From the UHGV virus genome UHGV-0090440: a DNA stretch of 64,000 nt; one strand, given 5' to 3'. The notes below the pieces were generated by a model. That model was not told the origin of the DNA. It made no database searches and saw only the letters and a program-made list of their open reading frames with translations. The stretch is from a virus. This document shows, piece by piece, positions 37,027 through 47,600 of the stretch (positions are counted from its first letter, which is position 1; each line of letters opens with the position of its first letter). The translations under genes and the position numbers were made by a program.

Positions 37027-37554
37027 TTACTCAGGTTTTTGTGGCCATTCTGGCTTTGACGTATCCACGCGGCTTACAAGAACGCTGTAGCGTTCCCATG
37101 CTTCCAGTCGGCTGTGGTCCTCATCCGTTGCCATATTCAGCCTTACTGCACGCTCTAGTAGTTGAATGACTGATTCAGCATCAGCAAGAAGTCTGGCTTT
37201 CTGATTTTCTACCTGCTGCTGTAATTCCTCTGCCGTATAAATACGTTTAATAACTGCGCCATCCTTAAACATCCAGTTACCAGAAATGTCGGCACGTCGG
37301 TTAGCAGTAATATCCGGCACTTCAACAACACTTAATCCATCCGGTCTGATAGCTGTTACATCCTTTTCCACATAGCGGATGATGTTATCTTTGTCATACG
37401 CTAATTTTATCGTGTCATCCTGGAAGTTCTTTTGTTCCTCATACCAGTTTTTACCGTCTTCTGTAAAAAACCAGATGACATCAAAATGTTTCGTCAGCTG
37501 GTATTGCTCAACTGTTTTTGGATTACCCGCTGTTATATTGATCAAATGCTGCAT
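37027..37554 (-). CDS. tail-fibre assembly chaperone (U-like), expressed copy
   Basis: ORF track start 37629; ATG 37554 preferred ([13 protein letters not shown], 5 bp after the fibre stop), about 175 aa. Confidence 0.75.
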   Translation of the reverse strand: MQHLINITAGNPKTVEQYQLTKHFDVIWFFTEDGKNWYEEQKNFQDDTIKLAYDKDNIIRYVEKDVTAIRPDGLSVVEVPDITANRRADISGNWMFKDGAVIKRIYTAEELQQQVENQKARLLADAESVIQLLERAVRLNMATDEDHSRLEAWERYSVLVSRVDTSKPEWPQKPE

Positions 37555-37558
37555 AAAT

Positions 37559-40500
37559 TTAAACCTGTGCCACGTTATACCATGTTCCATTAATCTGTTT
37601 CTGAACCGGCCTGTAATATACACCTCCAATATTATCGGCAGAATTCGAGCCGGTATCCTGGACTATAATGCCAGTATAAACGCAGCCTGATGGTGCCTGA
37701 TGCGTCCATGTCGAGGTGTTATTTGCTGGTTTATATGTAGATGCTCCACCAAGTCGCATGTCTCTTACATAACGAGAATCAAAGTTACCGTAATCCGAGG
37801 GGTTAACACGCCCTGTAATATTTATGGTTTTATTACTTTGAATGCTGCCGGAGACAAAGCGCATAACATGAACGTTATTAGCATAAACGTCCAGATTACC
37901 GTCGCCATTTTGTTTAAAGCCCGTGTCATTATCACCCAAAACAATCGAGTTACCGCCAAGAGCACTGGATGTTCCGATGCCCAGTGCACCATTCAATTGA
38001 CCGCCAGATAATGACAACGCCCCAACCTCAGCAGCAGTCGGTTTAATGTGCGAACTGTAAATTACATATACAGTTCCATCTGTCAGGCCTGTTGGTTTAT
38101 TCGCTGTATAAGTTGGTGATGTATGAATCGTTACGCTGGCGTTACTGGTATAATCCCACTGAATATTAACACCTGTGGCGTAATTACCTATTTCAACATA
38201 AACATCATAGGTATCACCGGATGTATTCACCCATGCAAAATTAGTAAATCCAACCGAGGTCCGTCGCCATAATGCACCAGTAATACCTTTTGGATTTCCA
38301 TTTCCTGCACGCAGAACCAGCTCAGAGATGCCTGCTTGCTGCGGGGAGCCAACGTTAAACCCTGCACCACCAATCAGGCTTATGTAAACCACGGAACTGG
38401 CCTGTGGCATGGTTACAGTTGCCAGTTTGAACCATCCAGCACCACCACTAAAAGACATTGTTGTGGAGTTGATCGTGCCTATAGACCGTGGGTTAAGTTC
38501 AATATCTTTAGAACCATCAAACGAGACGCCGTTGATAGTACATGCTGTCTGCAACTTGGTCGCTGTCGCTGCATTACCGGTAGTGTTCTGATTACCTGTT
38601 TTATTCACACCTGGCAGGTCGATATTGGCACTACCATCGAATGACACTCCGCCTATTGTGCGTGCTGTTTGCAGTTTTGTTGCAGTTGCAGCATTACCGT
38701 TCAAACTACCATTGATGCCGCCAGTAACATCCAGACCATGCCCCATGCTTATCCGACCAGTTCTAAGATTAAGCGTAAAGGGACGTAGTGGCCCTATATC
38801 ACCATTTTCCCCCTCATTCTCTCGTGTAGGGATGATATGCAGGCATTCTTCAGAACGACGAAAAATAGCACCAAAAGATGAATTAAATATCCTTAGTGCA
38901 TTGACTGTCGATATTTTTACTTCACTGCTGAAAAGGGCTTTAACAAGGACAGACAAAGCATCCCATTTAAGATTCATCAGGTCTTTTGTTGTGGTGCTCT
39001 GGCGACTTCTCCATTTGAAATATTCATTGCCGTTGTCGCCTGTTTCAAACCACATGTATGAATCAGTATCGCTGTCGGCATCATTTTTAAAACCAATCTT
39101 CGCCCAGTCAGTATTCCGAATCCAGGCAAGGATTGAGTCGTTTTCAAAAGTAAGTCCACCGGACAAGGTATCGCCTGTCTTTTGAACCGCGTTATCAGCC
39201 TTGTTTACCGTTTCCTGTAGATTTAAATCTTCCGCCGTTAGCTCAATATTTTTAGAACCATCAAACGACACCCCATTTATAGTTCTAGCGGTTTGTAACT
39301 TGGTCGCTGTCGCTGCATTACCGGTTGTGTTCTGATTACCTGTTTTATTCACACCTGGCAGGTCGATATTGGCACTACCATCGAATGACACTCCGCCTAT
39401 TGTGCGTGCTGTTTGCAGTTTTGTTGCAGTTGCAGCATTTCCTGAAAGGCTTGAAACAAACTGATGTGAGCAGTAATAACCACGTCCATTTTTAAAATCC
39501 AGAATGGTTTGAGTATTTGTACTTTCTGCTACTGGATCTGTGGCCCCCCACTTATAGGTGGCTTGACCAACGGTATAGTCAGTAGTAGGAACAATTACGT
39601 TCAAGCCCTCCTCAGCAAATATCTTGATAGGAAATGCTCTGGCTTCAACGTAAAATACACTACACAAATCGTCATCTTTCACACTTGAAATAATCGAGTG
39701 TATAGCTCGCTCAGTAGTAGAATATATTGAGAAAAAACCAGCTGCATATGAACCGCGATCAGACCAACCGCCAGGCATAACAAAACCATTAAATTCACAA
39801 TTATTCATGGCGTATCCGCCAGCTGAGGAATAAGTAGTTATCACAACTCGTGAGGCTAATTCATCGGTACTGCCTCCAGATCGGCGAAAGACTATAGGAT
39901 ACCACTTACCGCTTACTGCATTTGCAGGCGCTGAAAAAGTGTATTTTCTCATCCCTTTTTTATTGTCTATTTCGCTTTTGCTGTAAACGTCCAGATCTTT
40001 AGGAGTCAACGTAATGTCAGCCGAACCATCGAACCTGACGCCATTAATGTTTATGGCTGTTTTCAATTTCGTCGCGGTGTCGGCGTTCCCTGTCAGCGCC
40101 CCGGTGATCCCGCCGTTGAAAGTCTGGCGCGCACTCCATGTGTTAGCCGTGCTCAACAGGGGGATCTTTTCACCGCTGGTACCGAGTTCTCTTAAACCAA
40201 GGTATTGGATAACGGCCAGTGTGCTTGTTTTAGCCAGAATATCTCGACCGACTGACGTTAAATCAGTCTGCGCTACCGTATCCTTACCAGTGAAATAAGG
40301 CAGTTTGTTTGCGCCTGTCGCAAGACCAGCAAGCGCGGTTAAAGTTGCATCAAGTGGCTGTTTCCCTGCCAGCGCATTTGTCATTGTTGTCGCAAAGTTC
40401 GGGTCATTGCCCAGTGCTGCTGCAAGCTCATTCAGGGTATCAAGAGCTTCAGGTGATGAGCCGACCAATGCAGAGATAGCAGCCCGTACGTAAGCAGTCG

Positions 40501-41419
40501 TAGCGATCTGCGTATTGTTTGTGCCCTGTGCAGCCGTAGGCGCAGTAGGGACACCCGTTAATGCAGGGCTTGCCAAAGGCGCTTTGAGAGCCAAGGCATT
40601 GTTGATAGTTGTGCTGTAATTCGGGTCGTTATTGATCGCAGCCGCTATTTCTTTCAGCGTATCCAGTGTGCCAGGCGCACCGTTGATAAGTGCAGTTATA
40701 GCTGCCTTAACAAAGGCTGTATTTGCGATCTGCGTGCTGTTTGTGCCTTGTGAGGCCGTAGGCACTGTCGGCGTACCTGACAGATGCGGACTATTGAGCG
40801 GAGCTTTTGTATCAACCAAATCATGAAGAGTTTTGACAGCCAGAGGTGTAGCCGCTTTTCTTTCTTCTGTACTGCTTATTTCATTAGAGAATTCGACACC
40901 AACAGCACGGTTAACTCGGTATTTAAGCACAATCATTTCTTTAGTCACAGCCGTTGCGCCGCCAGGCACGATAACTCGACATAATTCAATTTGATTCTGC
41001 CCAATAGCATTGTCCGTACGCGCGAAAATTCTTGCAGCACTGACAGAAGATGCGCTATCTACCTGTGTCGTTTTTACACCATGTTCAAAATTGGCTTCCA
41101 GCACAATAATGTTGGTAGCCCCAGCCTTTACCGAGACAGTCACATCTTCTATTTGCTGAACGGATATCTGAACATTATTTACATCTACTGAAGCAGCCCC
41201 TTTACCTTCTGAGTTTTCAGAAGTTATACGGACGCTCAACCCTGTGCCGGGAACTGGTTCAAATCCACAGTAAAAGCCCGGCAAAACAATATTTTTAAGT
41301 TTTCTGTTAAGAGCAGAACTACTATAGAGTTCGAAATATTGAACATCAGCAAGCAACGGCTGTGAGACACCAGAGGATAGTGTCATTATGTTGTTCGTTT
41401 TATCAGCACCCATAATCAA
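37559..41419 (-). CDS. tail fibre (constant N-terminal part fused to current variable C-terminal part)
   Basis: 1286 aa; the invertible-segment junction falls at about residue 407-450; repeated [41 protein letters not shown] blocks. Confidence 0.8.
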   Translation of the reverse strand: MIMGADKTNNIMTLSSGVSQPLLADVQYFELYSSSALNRKLKNIVLPGFYCGFEPVPGTGLSVRITSENSEGKGAASVDVNNVQISVQQIEDVTVSVKAGATNIIVLEANFEHGVKTTQVDSASSVSAARIFARTDNAIGQNQIELCRVIVPGGATAVTKEMIVLKYRVNRAVGVEFSNEISSTEERKAATPLAVKTLHDLVDTKAPLNSPHLSGTPTVPTASQGTNSTQIANTAFVKAAITALINGAPGTLDTLKEIAAAINNDPNYSTTINNALALKAPLASPALTGVPTAPTAAQGTNNTQIATTAYVRAAISALVGSSPEALDTLNELAAALGNDPNFATTMTNALAGKQPLDATLTALAGLATGANKLPYFTGKDTVAQTDLTSVGRDILAKTSTLAVIQYLGLRELGTSGEKIPLLSTANTWSARQTFNGGITGALTGNADTATKLKTAININGVRFDGSADITLTPKDLDVYSKSEIDNKKGMRKYTFSAPANAVSGKWYPIVFRRSGGSTDELASRVVITTYSSAGGYAMNNCEFNGFVMPGGWSDRGSYAAGFFSIYSTTERAIHSIISSVKDDDLCSVFYVEARAFPIKIFAEEGLNVIVPTTDYTVGQATYKWGATDPVAESTNTQTILDFKNGRGYYCSHQFVSSLSGNAATATKLQTARTIGGVSFDGSANIDLPGVNKTGNQNTTGNAATATKLQTARTINGVSFDGSKNIELTAEDLNLQETVNKADNAVQKTGDTLSGGLTFENDSILAWIRNTDWAKIGFKNDADSDTDSYMWFETGDNGNEYFKWRSRQSTTTKDLMNLKWDALSVLVKALFSSEVKISTVNALRIFNSSFGAIFRRSEECLHIIPTRENEGENGDIGPLRPFTLNLRTGRISMGHGLDVTGGINGSLNGNAATATKLQTARTIGGVSFDGSANIDLPGVNKTGNQNTTGNAATATKLQTACTINGVSFDGSKDIELNPRSIGTINSTTMSFSGGAGWFKLATVTMPQASSVVYISLIGGAGFNVGSPQQAGISELVLRAGNGNPKGITGALWRRTSVGFTNFAWVNTSGDTYDVYVEIGNYATGVNIQWDYTSNASVTIHTSPTYTANKPTGLTDGTVYVIYSSHIKPTAAEVGALSLSGGQLNGALGIGTSSALGGNSIVLGDNDTGFKQNGDGNLDVYANNVHVMRFVSGSIQSNKTINITGRVNPSDYGNFDSRYVRDMRLGGASTYKPANNTSTWTHQAPSGCVYTGIIVQDTGSNSADNIGGVYYRPVQKQINGTWYNVAQV
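38553..38695. repeat. direct repeat copy A inside the tail-fibre gene
   Basis: About 143 bp, near-identical (one mismatch seen by eye) to 39297-39439. Confidence 0.7.
39297..39439. repeat. direct repeat copy B inside the tail-fibre gene
   Basis: Partner of 38553-38695, 744 bp away and in frame. Confidence 0.7.
40067..40203 (-). repeat. right 137-bp inverted repeat of the C-segment (contains cix core)
   Basis: Reverse complement of 34011-34147; lies inside the tail-fibre gene at the constant/variable junction. Confidence 0.85.
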
Positions 41420-41862
41420 CCCTCAACTTGCTCGATTGTCATGAGAATACTGTAACGTTTACCTTTATAGAGGGTGTCTTGCTGGGTGCAAAGCACAGCA
41501 AAAGCCTGTTCCTCAGCATCAACAAGCACAAGCGTGTTAAAGTCGTAAGGCGTGTTATCCGGCATTTTTTCTTGAGGGAAGGCTGCATTGATAGTGATAA
41601 TCCCATCCACACTGGACAATATCAGATCGGACGCAGCAAACTGTTGAGCGTTACTCAATTTAAAATTGAGTGGAATGTCCGCTATATTCCAGCCTCCTGC
41701 ACCATTAGCAGTTACCAGACTAGATTTGCACCAATACGCCTTAGAGATAACAAAACGCGCACCTTTGCCGATCGCCGACTCAGCGCGGCGTGAATAATAG
41801 TAGGAAAGCAATTGCGCCTTATACAGGCGGTTACCATCTCTTACCTTTAAATTTTCAGCCAT
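41416..41862 (-). CDS. tail-fibre-associated structural protein (R-position)
   Basis: 148 aa immediately upstream of, and overlapping, the tail-fibre gene. Confidence 0.4.
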   Translation of the reverse strand: MAENLKVRDGNRLYKAQLLSYYYSRRAESAIGKGARFVISKAYWCKSSLVTANGAGGWNIADIPLNFKLSNAQQFAASDLILSSVDGIITINAAFPQEKMPDNTPYDFNTLVLVDAEEQAFAVLCTQQDTLYKGKRYSILMTIEQVEG

Positions 41863-41956
41863 ACGAACATAGCCCCTTCATAAGCAATGAACCAAAGGAG
41901 AGTATGCTCAGTTTGTGATTTCCGTTGTTCTTCCCCCAAATGCGGGGGAAGAATTA

Positions 41957-42802
41957 TTAAACAGGTTGAAGGTGGTAATCCAAAGGCCACGCATCGAGTG
42001 GGGTTACATCAAGATGTAATTGCTTTTCTGCCGTTCGGTTCGGTATGGCGTTAAGAGAAATATTGTCTACCTGGCAGGAGGTATCACTACGGGATAGCAT
42101 ATCAGCCATACTCTCAGTAACATAAACACCTTCAATTACCGAAACATCCGTAGACAAGCAATTTAGTATTTCTGCCACTTCAGGGAATACAGCACTAAGC
42201 CGAAACGAGACGCCATCAAAAACAATATGCAATGGCAACAAAGGGGCTATTACTGTTTCGAAGTCAGATAACAATTTCTGCACAGCGGCTTCTTTATCCT
42301 GCTCTCCATATGAGCGATATAGCTTGTTCTGATCAACAACGACCAGCCCCCTTGATGTCAGGAAGAACTCACCGAATTGAGCCTGTGCCGTAGGTATTTC
42401 TATTTCGGTCGCAAAATATGAACCATAGGGGTGTTTTTCTATATTTACAGGTGCATACAGCGGTTCCCAACTAACTGGAATACAACCGAATTCACGCCAA
42501 AATGTCTGCTCAATAGGCAAGATAGTGCCTTTAAAGTGCACTTCATCTAAACGTTGCGCCAGCAGCATTGGCCTACGGTCCTTATCTTTTTCAGTGATAA
42601 CGAAAAAACGCCCGTATTCAGCAATGCGGGCATCCATATCCTCACTGTCCATAGTGAAGAAGGATTTTCTGTTACTTATTCTTGTTAATATTGGTTCTAC
42701 TGCCTCATTCCAGACATCCTGTAAAGCGTCTATAAATGCACTCCAGAGATGTGAATCCTGTTTTACTTTAGTTAATCGTTCCTTAAGCCAATTATCTTTC
42801 AT
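41957..42802 (-). CDS. baseplate-associated protein candidate
   Basis: 281-aa ORF between the baseplate J-like gene and the fibre module. Confidence 0.4.
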   Translation of the reverse strand: MKDNWLKERLTKVKQDSHLWSAFIDALQDVWNEAVEPILTRISNRKSFFTMDSEDMDARIAEYGRFFVITEKDKDRRPMLLAQRLDEVHFKGTILPIEQTFWREFGCIPVSWEPLYAPVNIEKHPYGSYFATEIEIPTAQAQFGEFFLTSRGLVVVDQNKLYRSYGEQDKEAAVQKLLSDFETVIAPLLPLHIVFDGVSFRLSAVFPEVAEILNCLSTDVSVIEGVYVTESMADMLSRSDTSCQVDNISLNAIPNRTAEKQLHLDVTPLDAWPLDYHLQPV

Positions 42803-42812
42803 GCTAACCTCA

Positions 42813-44243
42813 TTACGGGTAAGAAATGCTGAACGTTGAAGATTTTACGTTAAGATAAATGAAGTCATTAAAGTAAACAGCATCTTTCATATTTTGTATT
42901 GTTATGTCGTAAGACAGAAACATATCCAGAGACTCTATTACTCGCCAAATATCTTTAACTTTTACCTGTGCATAACATTGTTGGGAATCATCATCACTCT
43001 GTAGTAATAAGCTGAATGATGACGAATCACGGCCAAAATTATCTTCCAACGCTGCTTTAATAGCATTTTGAGCATCGTCTATCAGAACATTTTTACGTAC
43101 AATACCTATAAAATTTATAGTAAATGGCTGTTCATTTGTATCTACATACTCGAACCGCTTGTTCAATTCATTTGGCACATTCTCCAGGGCTTTCAGTATT
43201 TCTGATTTTAGCTGAGCCTGGCTTACACCCGGCTTATGTCCGCAAAAGAAAATTTTGTTGATGTTTCGAACGTCAAACCCAGTTATTTTCTCTTGTAACG
43301 CTTCGCCCCAAACGTTCAACCATGAAGTTCCATGAACAACATTCTGAATGAATTGGCGATAATCACCGCCCCATACCACTTGTTCATCGTATGCAACATA
43401 ATACTGAGCACGATTTCGAGTTTCTTCTGTAGTTTCCATACCACTACCACCGGTAATGATCGAATCAGTTTTAAACTCTAGTGACTCCACATATTGAGCG
43501 ATATTTCCAGCCGGTTCTAACTTTTGTCCTTCAGCCAAAGTATAGTCGCCAAGGCTAGCCATAACATCGATTCGAACCTGACAGCCTGCTGGAGGCATCA
43601 TACCCATAGAACCATCACCAAACTTGACTCCAAGTTGTTCTGTAGGTTTATATGCCAATGAATAGTGCTTACTCTTGTCTCTGGACATTCTAAATAATGG
43701 GTTATATGTCCATTTTTCTTCTACTCCATCTGTAATAACATAAACATCCAGGCTAGAGACTTCTTTTGTTAACTCTCTGGAAAGCAACAATGTCAGAAAT
43801 AAAGTTTCCTTCTCAATATCAAATGTAATGCTAACAGCTTCATGCTGTTTAGTTTCTACGCCAGAAACAGTTCCTCCAGCAGGAATTACAACACTGTTAA
43901 TAATTGCCAAAGGTGTTTGGTCATTGGCAAGCAATTCAGCCCCGGCTGGTAACGTAATATCCCGATCAGTTTTATTGGTTATAGACGTTGTTCCGTATGA
44001 AGCACTAACAAATCGCCCTACGTAGCCACGGTCTTCAGCAACCGCTAAAATACTTGAGCGACGCGTTGCCGTTGAAATAAGTCCCTCAGTGAGGCCGCGG
44101 CTTGCAAATGTACGGGCAATATAAATAAGCTGCGATCCGAATATAGCGTGCATCTGCACAAACTGACTATTTACAAATCGTGACCACCATGTGTTTTCAT
44201 TTAACTTGGCGTTAAATTTGTCCAGTAATTCTGTAATCGTCAC
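42813..44243 (-). CDS. baseplate J-like protein
   Basis: 476 aa; N-terminal region (ILAVAEDRGYVGRFVSASYGTTSIT) fits the Baseplate_J family pattern; overlaps the upstream gene (ATGA-type coupling). Confidence 0.55.
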   Translation of the reverse strand: MTITELLDKFNAKLNENTWWSRFVNSQFVQMHAIFGSQLIYIARTFASRGLTEGLISTATRRSSILAVAEDRGYVGRFVSASYGTTSITNKTDRDITLPAGAELLANDQTPLAIINSVVIPAGGTVSGVETKQHEAVSITFDIEKETLFLTLLLSRELTKEVSSLDVYVITDGVEEKWTYNPLFRMSRDKSKHYSLAYKPTEQLGVKFGDGSMGMMPPAGCQVRIDVMASLGDYTLAEGQKLEPAGNIAQYVESLEFKTDSIITGGSGMETTEETRNRAQYYVAYDEQVVWGGDYRQFIQNVVHGTSWLNVWGEALQEKITGFDVRNINKIFFCGHKPGVSQAQLKSEILKALENVPNELNKRFEYVDTNEQPFTINFIGIVRKNVLIDDAQNAIKAALEDNFGRDSSSFSLLLQSDDDSQQCYAQVKVKDIWRVIESLDMFLSYDITIQNMKDAVYFNDFIYLNVKSSTFSISYP

Positions 44244-44614
44244 GCGCCCACCCCACTTGATTTCTGCATAACAATATCCATGCTCCCACCTTTCGCATAA
44301 AAACTAATTAATAAAGAATCTTCAGAAATTGATGTGCAACGAATCCCCTGCACATCCAAACCTGGCAAGTCTTGTCGTAGTTTTTTCATCATTCTCCCTT
44401 CAATAGCCACTTCAACTATGTGCGAAGTTTCAGAGCCGAATGGTTCATGCTTAAATTCTTCCATTGGACTCCCCCAAGAGGGTAAACCATAAACACTCCC
44501 TTCAGGGGTTCGTAGCCACTCGTCAAGTCGGGCCATCCATGCTGCGGTACTTCCTTCTGCAATAATGACACCGCTCTCATTCGTTTGAAGTCTTGCGTCT
44601 ATTTCGTAAAGCAT
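44240..44614 (-). CDS. baseplate wedge protein (gp25/GPW-like) candidate
   Basis: 124 aa, directly downstream of the tape-measure candidate and upstream of the J-like gene. Confidence 0.4.
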   Translation of the reverse strand: MLYEIDARLQTNESGVIIAEGSTAAWMARLDEWLRTPEGSVYGLPSWGSPMEEFKHEPFGSETSHIVEVAIEGRMMKKLRQDLPGLDVQGIRCTSISEDSLLISFYAKGGSMDIVMQKSSGVGA

Positions 44615-44619
44615 CAGTA

Positions 44620-47600
44620 TTAATCCTCAAGCAGAGCATCCAGCGACTGGTCATTAATAGTTGTGCTCGCACGTGGTCGCGGCTGCGGCTGCGATGTTTT
44701 GACAACATTATCCGGATCGCCTTTTGTATTGTTCTTGTTCACATTCAGCAGATCGTTCAGGATAGAGCAGATGTTATCCAGCGCCTTCAACATAGCAGGA
44801 TCGTTATTTATAGTGTCAGTAGTTAATGGTTGTCTTATTCCGCTTCGTGCGAGATCGGTTACAGTAGGGAGTTGTGGCGGCATAGCAAGAAAAGGTTCTT
44901 GCACAGCTGAAGCAGAGCCAAATATGGCGTTATTGGCACCAGTTGCTATTCCCCTAATGCTATTAGCGGTTTGTTGAATCCCCCCATTCAGCCAGTCTCC
45001 AACATTTCTTGTTAATGGGCTAATAGCTCGCGCAATCGCACTATTCTGCCCAGTAGACTGCATTACAAGATCGTTCAATATCCCTGTACTATCAATCCCC
45101 CCAACAAGTCGTGAAAGGTTATCGCCAACGGCAGGAATTACTGCGGTTCCTGTCTGTTTAAGCCCTGACACCGTGGAATCAAATAGCGAACCAAAGAAGC
45201 TCTTATCCTCACCTGTAACCACCTTGTAGCCGTTGTCATAAATCTGCACATCACTTGGTGCCGTGATAGTTCGTTTTCCAGAGGTAACTACTGGCGCAGC
45301 TCCCGCCATAGCCTGGTTGATTGCTAGAGCCTGCTCCTGCTGTGGGGTTTTCGGTGCTGGCGCTGCAGATGAAAAGCCCTCCATAGCCTGGCTGATTGCT
45401 AGAGCCTGCTCCTGCTGTGGGGTTTTCGGTGCTGGCGCTGCAGATGAAAAGCCCGCCATAGCCTGGCTGATTGCTAGAGCCTGCTCCTGCTGTGGAGTTT
45501 TCGGAGTAGAAGGGGATACTTGATCTCCCGGAAGTAGATCAATGATTTCTGTATCGTGATTAACAGTGCGTTTTTGTTGTATGGCTGTTGCGATATCAGC
45601 CACTTGAGAAGCTTTTTTAAATCCAAAAGATTTACCGGTTAAGCCGGATATCTTTTCAGTAAGAGCCTGATCCATCCCTTTCGCTTTTTCGGAAAGCGAA
45701 GATATAGAACCAAACGAAGTAGCCAACGCAAAATCCTTTACCAGGTCCAGACTTGTTCCAGCAAGGCTGGTAGCCGCGCCGCCAAATAAATTACTTGCAC
45801 CACTGATTCCGCTTTCATTTATTGTGATTAACCGCTCAAGCAAACTCGATGGAGAGCCGGTATTAACATCAGCGTTCTCTGGATTAATCGGTTGTGGTTG
45901 GTTACCTGTTTTTTGTGGCTTTTTGACTGCCTGGGCATGTTGTGCAACCTCAATTGGCTGTTGTGTTGCTGTCGGAACGGCATTCAAAACTGGTTGAGCT
46001 GGAGATTTTCCATTAGCATATTTTACCTTGCGACCAACACTATATTGCGAATCGCGGGCAATTAGCTGACCACCATTTTCTTTCTGAATTTTATTAATCC
46101 GCGCCAATGTTTCGTCAGAGAATTGTCCCTCCCATCGACCAGTGTTTGTGTTAAATGCTCCAAGTGCGTTCTTAATGAACTCATTATTAACTGCCGGATT
46201 TCCGCCTTCTTTCGTCGCAATTGCACGAACTAATTGCGTCATAACCTCTGGTTTGCTGACATCTATTTTTTCATTAGGCGATACACCAAGATATTTACTG
46301 ACGTTATCAATATATTGGTTAGTATTGTTCTCATTTGGCGGTGCCCATTTTGAAATGATGCTGGATACCGTCTGTAACTTCTGATATCCCGCTGCGGCAC
46401 TGGTGCCGTTGTAATAGCTGGAAACCTGGTTTGCCAGTGCCCTGATCCCTTCTTCAGGTGTGTTAAATCGCGCAAAACGTTGTTCACCTTTTGCATTTGG
46501 CGATTCCAGCGTCGCCCCTTCCTGGTTGGCAAAAACAAGATTGCCGAGATTATTATTTCGGTAATTGCGGTTTTTAGAGTTGCTGCCGCCAATATTCAGA
46601 TCCGCTGCAATGGTGTTGTTGGCAGGTGAACTAAATTCAGTTGGAGAAGTATACCCGTGCTCACCAACTCCATCCTCGCCATTACGCCCACCTTGTAATT
46701 GTTCACCTAGAGAATGAATCGCATCGACAGTTTTTTTGGTGCCGTCTTCAACAGCTTTTTTTACTTGTTTCGTGTTTTCGTCAGTGGATAAAAATGTATC
46801 CTTAAGGCTACCAAAAACAGATTTGGTGATATCTACCGCGCCGTTAACACCACGAGCAATATCTCCGGTATCAAAATTCTGAAGTTTTTCACCTGCTCTT
46901 TCAAATCCTAGCGCAGAAATTCCTTTCCCTATCAAGTTCGTTGCGCCCGACACCAAGCCCCCCATATCGAGCACATTAGCTGTTGCGTAAGCCGTTTTTT
47001 GCTGTTCGGCTACAGCATCATCGTCACTTAATCCAAAGGCTGCCTTTTGCGCATCTGTATCAGTGTAACCATCTATAGCGTCATATCCCGCCATAGCCAG
47101 CGAACCGATGATAGGGATAGCTCTTGCAGCTGTAGAAGCAGCTGATTTAACACCTATTTTTGCAGCACTTTTGAGGGCTACGGATTCGGTTTTTTTCTTT
47201 GCAACAGTTTCACCTGTTTTAACTGTGGCCTCTTCGGCAACAACACCTGCTGGCTTAACTGCCTTTGCTGTGTTTTTTGTTTCTTTAGCAATACCCTTAG
47301 ATGCGTCGCTTGTGGTGCTGATGTCTTTGGCTTTACTAACCTTTGTTTTAACAGTCTTTGCAGCTCCGGCACCAGCTCCAGCAGCAGCGGTTCCGGCAGC
47401 GGCTTTTTCACCAACAGAAAGGGCTTTTTTCCCCAGATTGCGACCTTTCCTTTTCGGTTTGTTCCGTTTATTTTTACCAGCCTGATCGCCAATATTGATT
47501 TTATTTCTTCTGCTTGCTCGATTTCTCCAGAGATCACTTAAGCCGAACTTATTCCCAGAAGATACTGATTTGCGTAGCTTAACTACTTCGTCGGAGACAT

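Larger units (their letters stand above)
34015..40199. other. Cin-invertible C-segment (about 6.2 kb)
   Basis: Bounded by the perfect inverted repeats; contains alternative tail-fibre C-terminal cassette plus chaperone on one strand and the expressed ones on the other. Confidence 0.8.

Noticed and set aside
45305-45504. Tandem repeat considered as a CRISPR array
   Set aside because: Only about 2.7 copies of a 75-bp unit with no unique spacers, lying in frame within a large structural gene.
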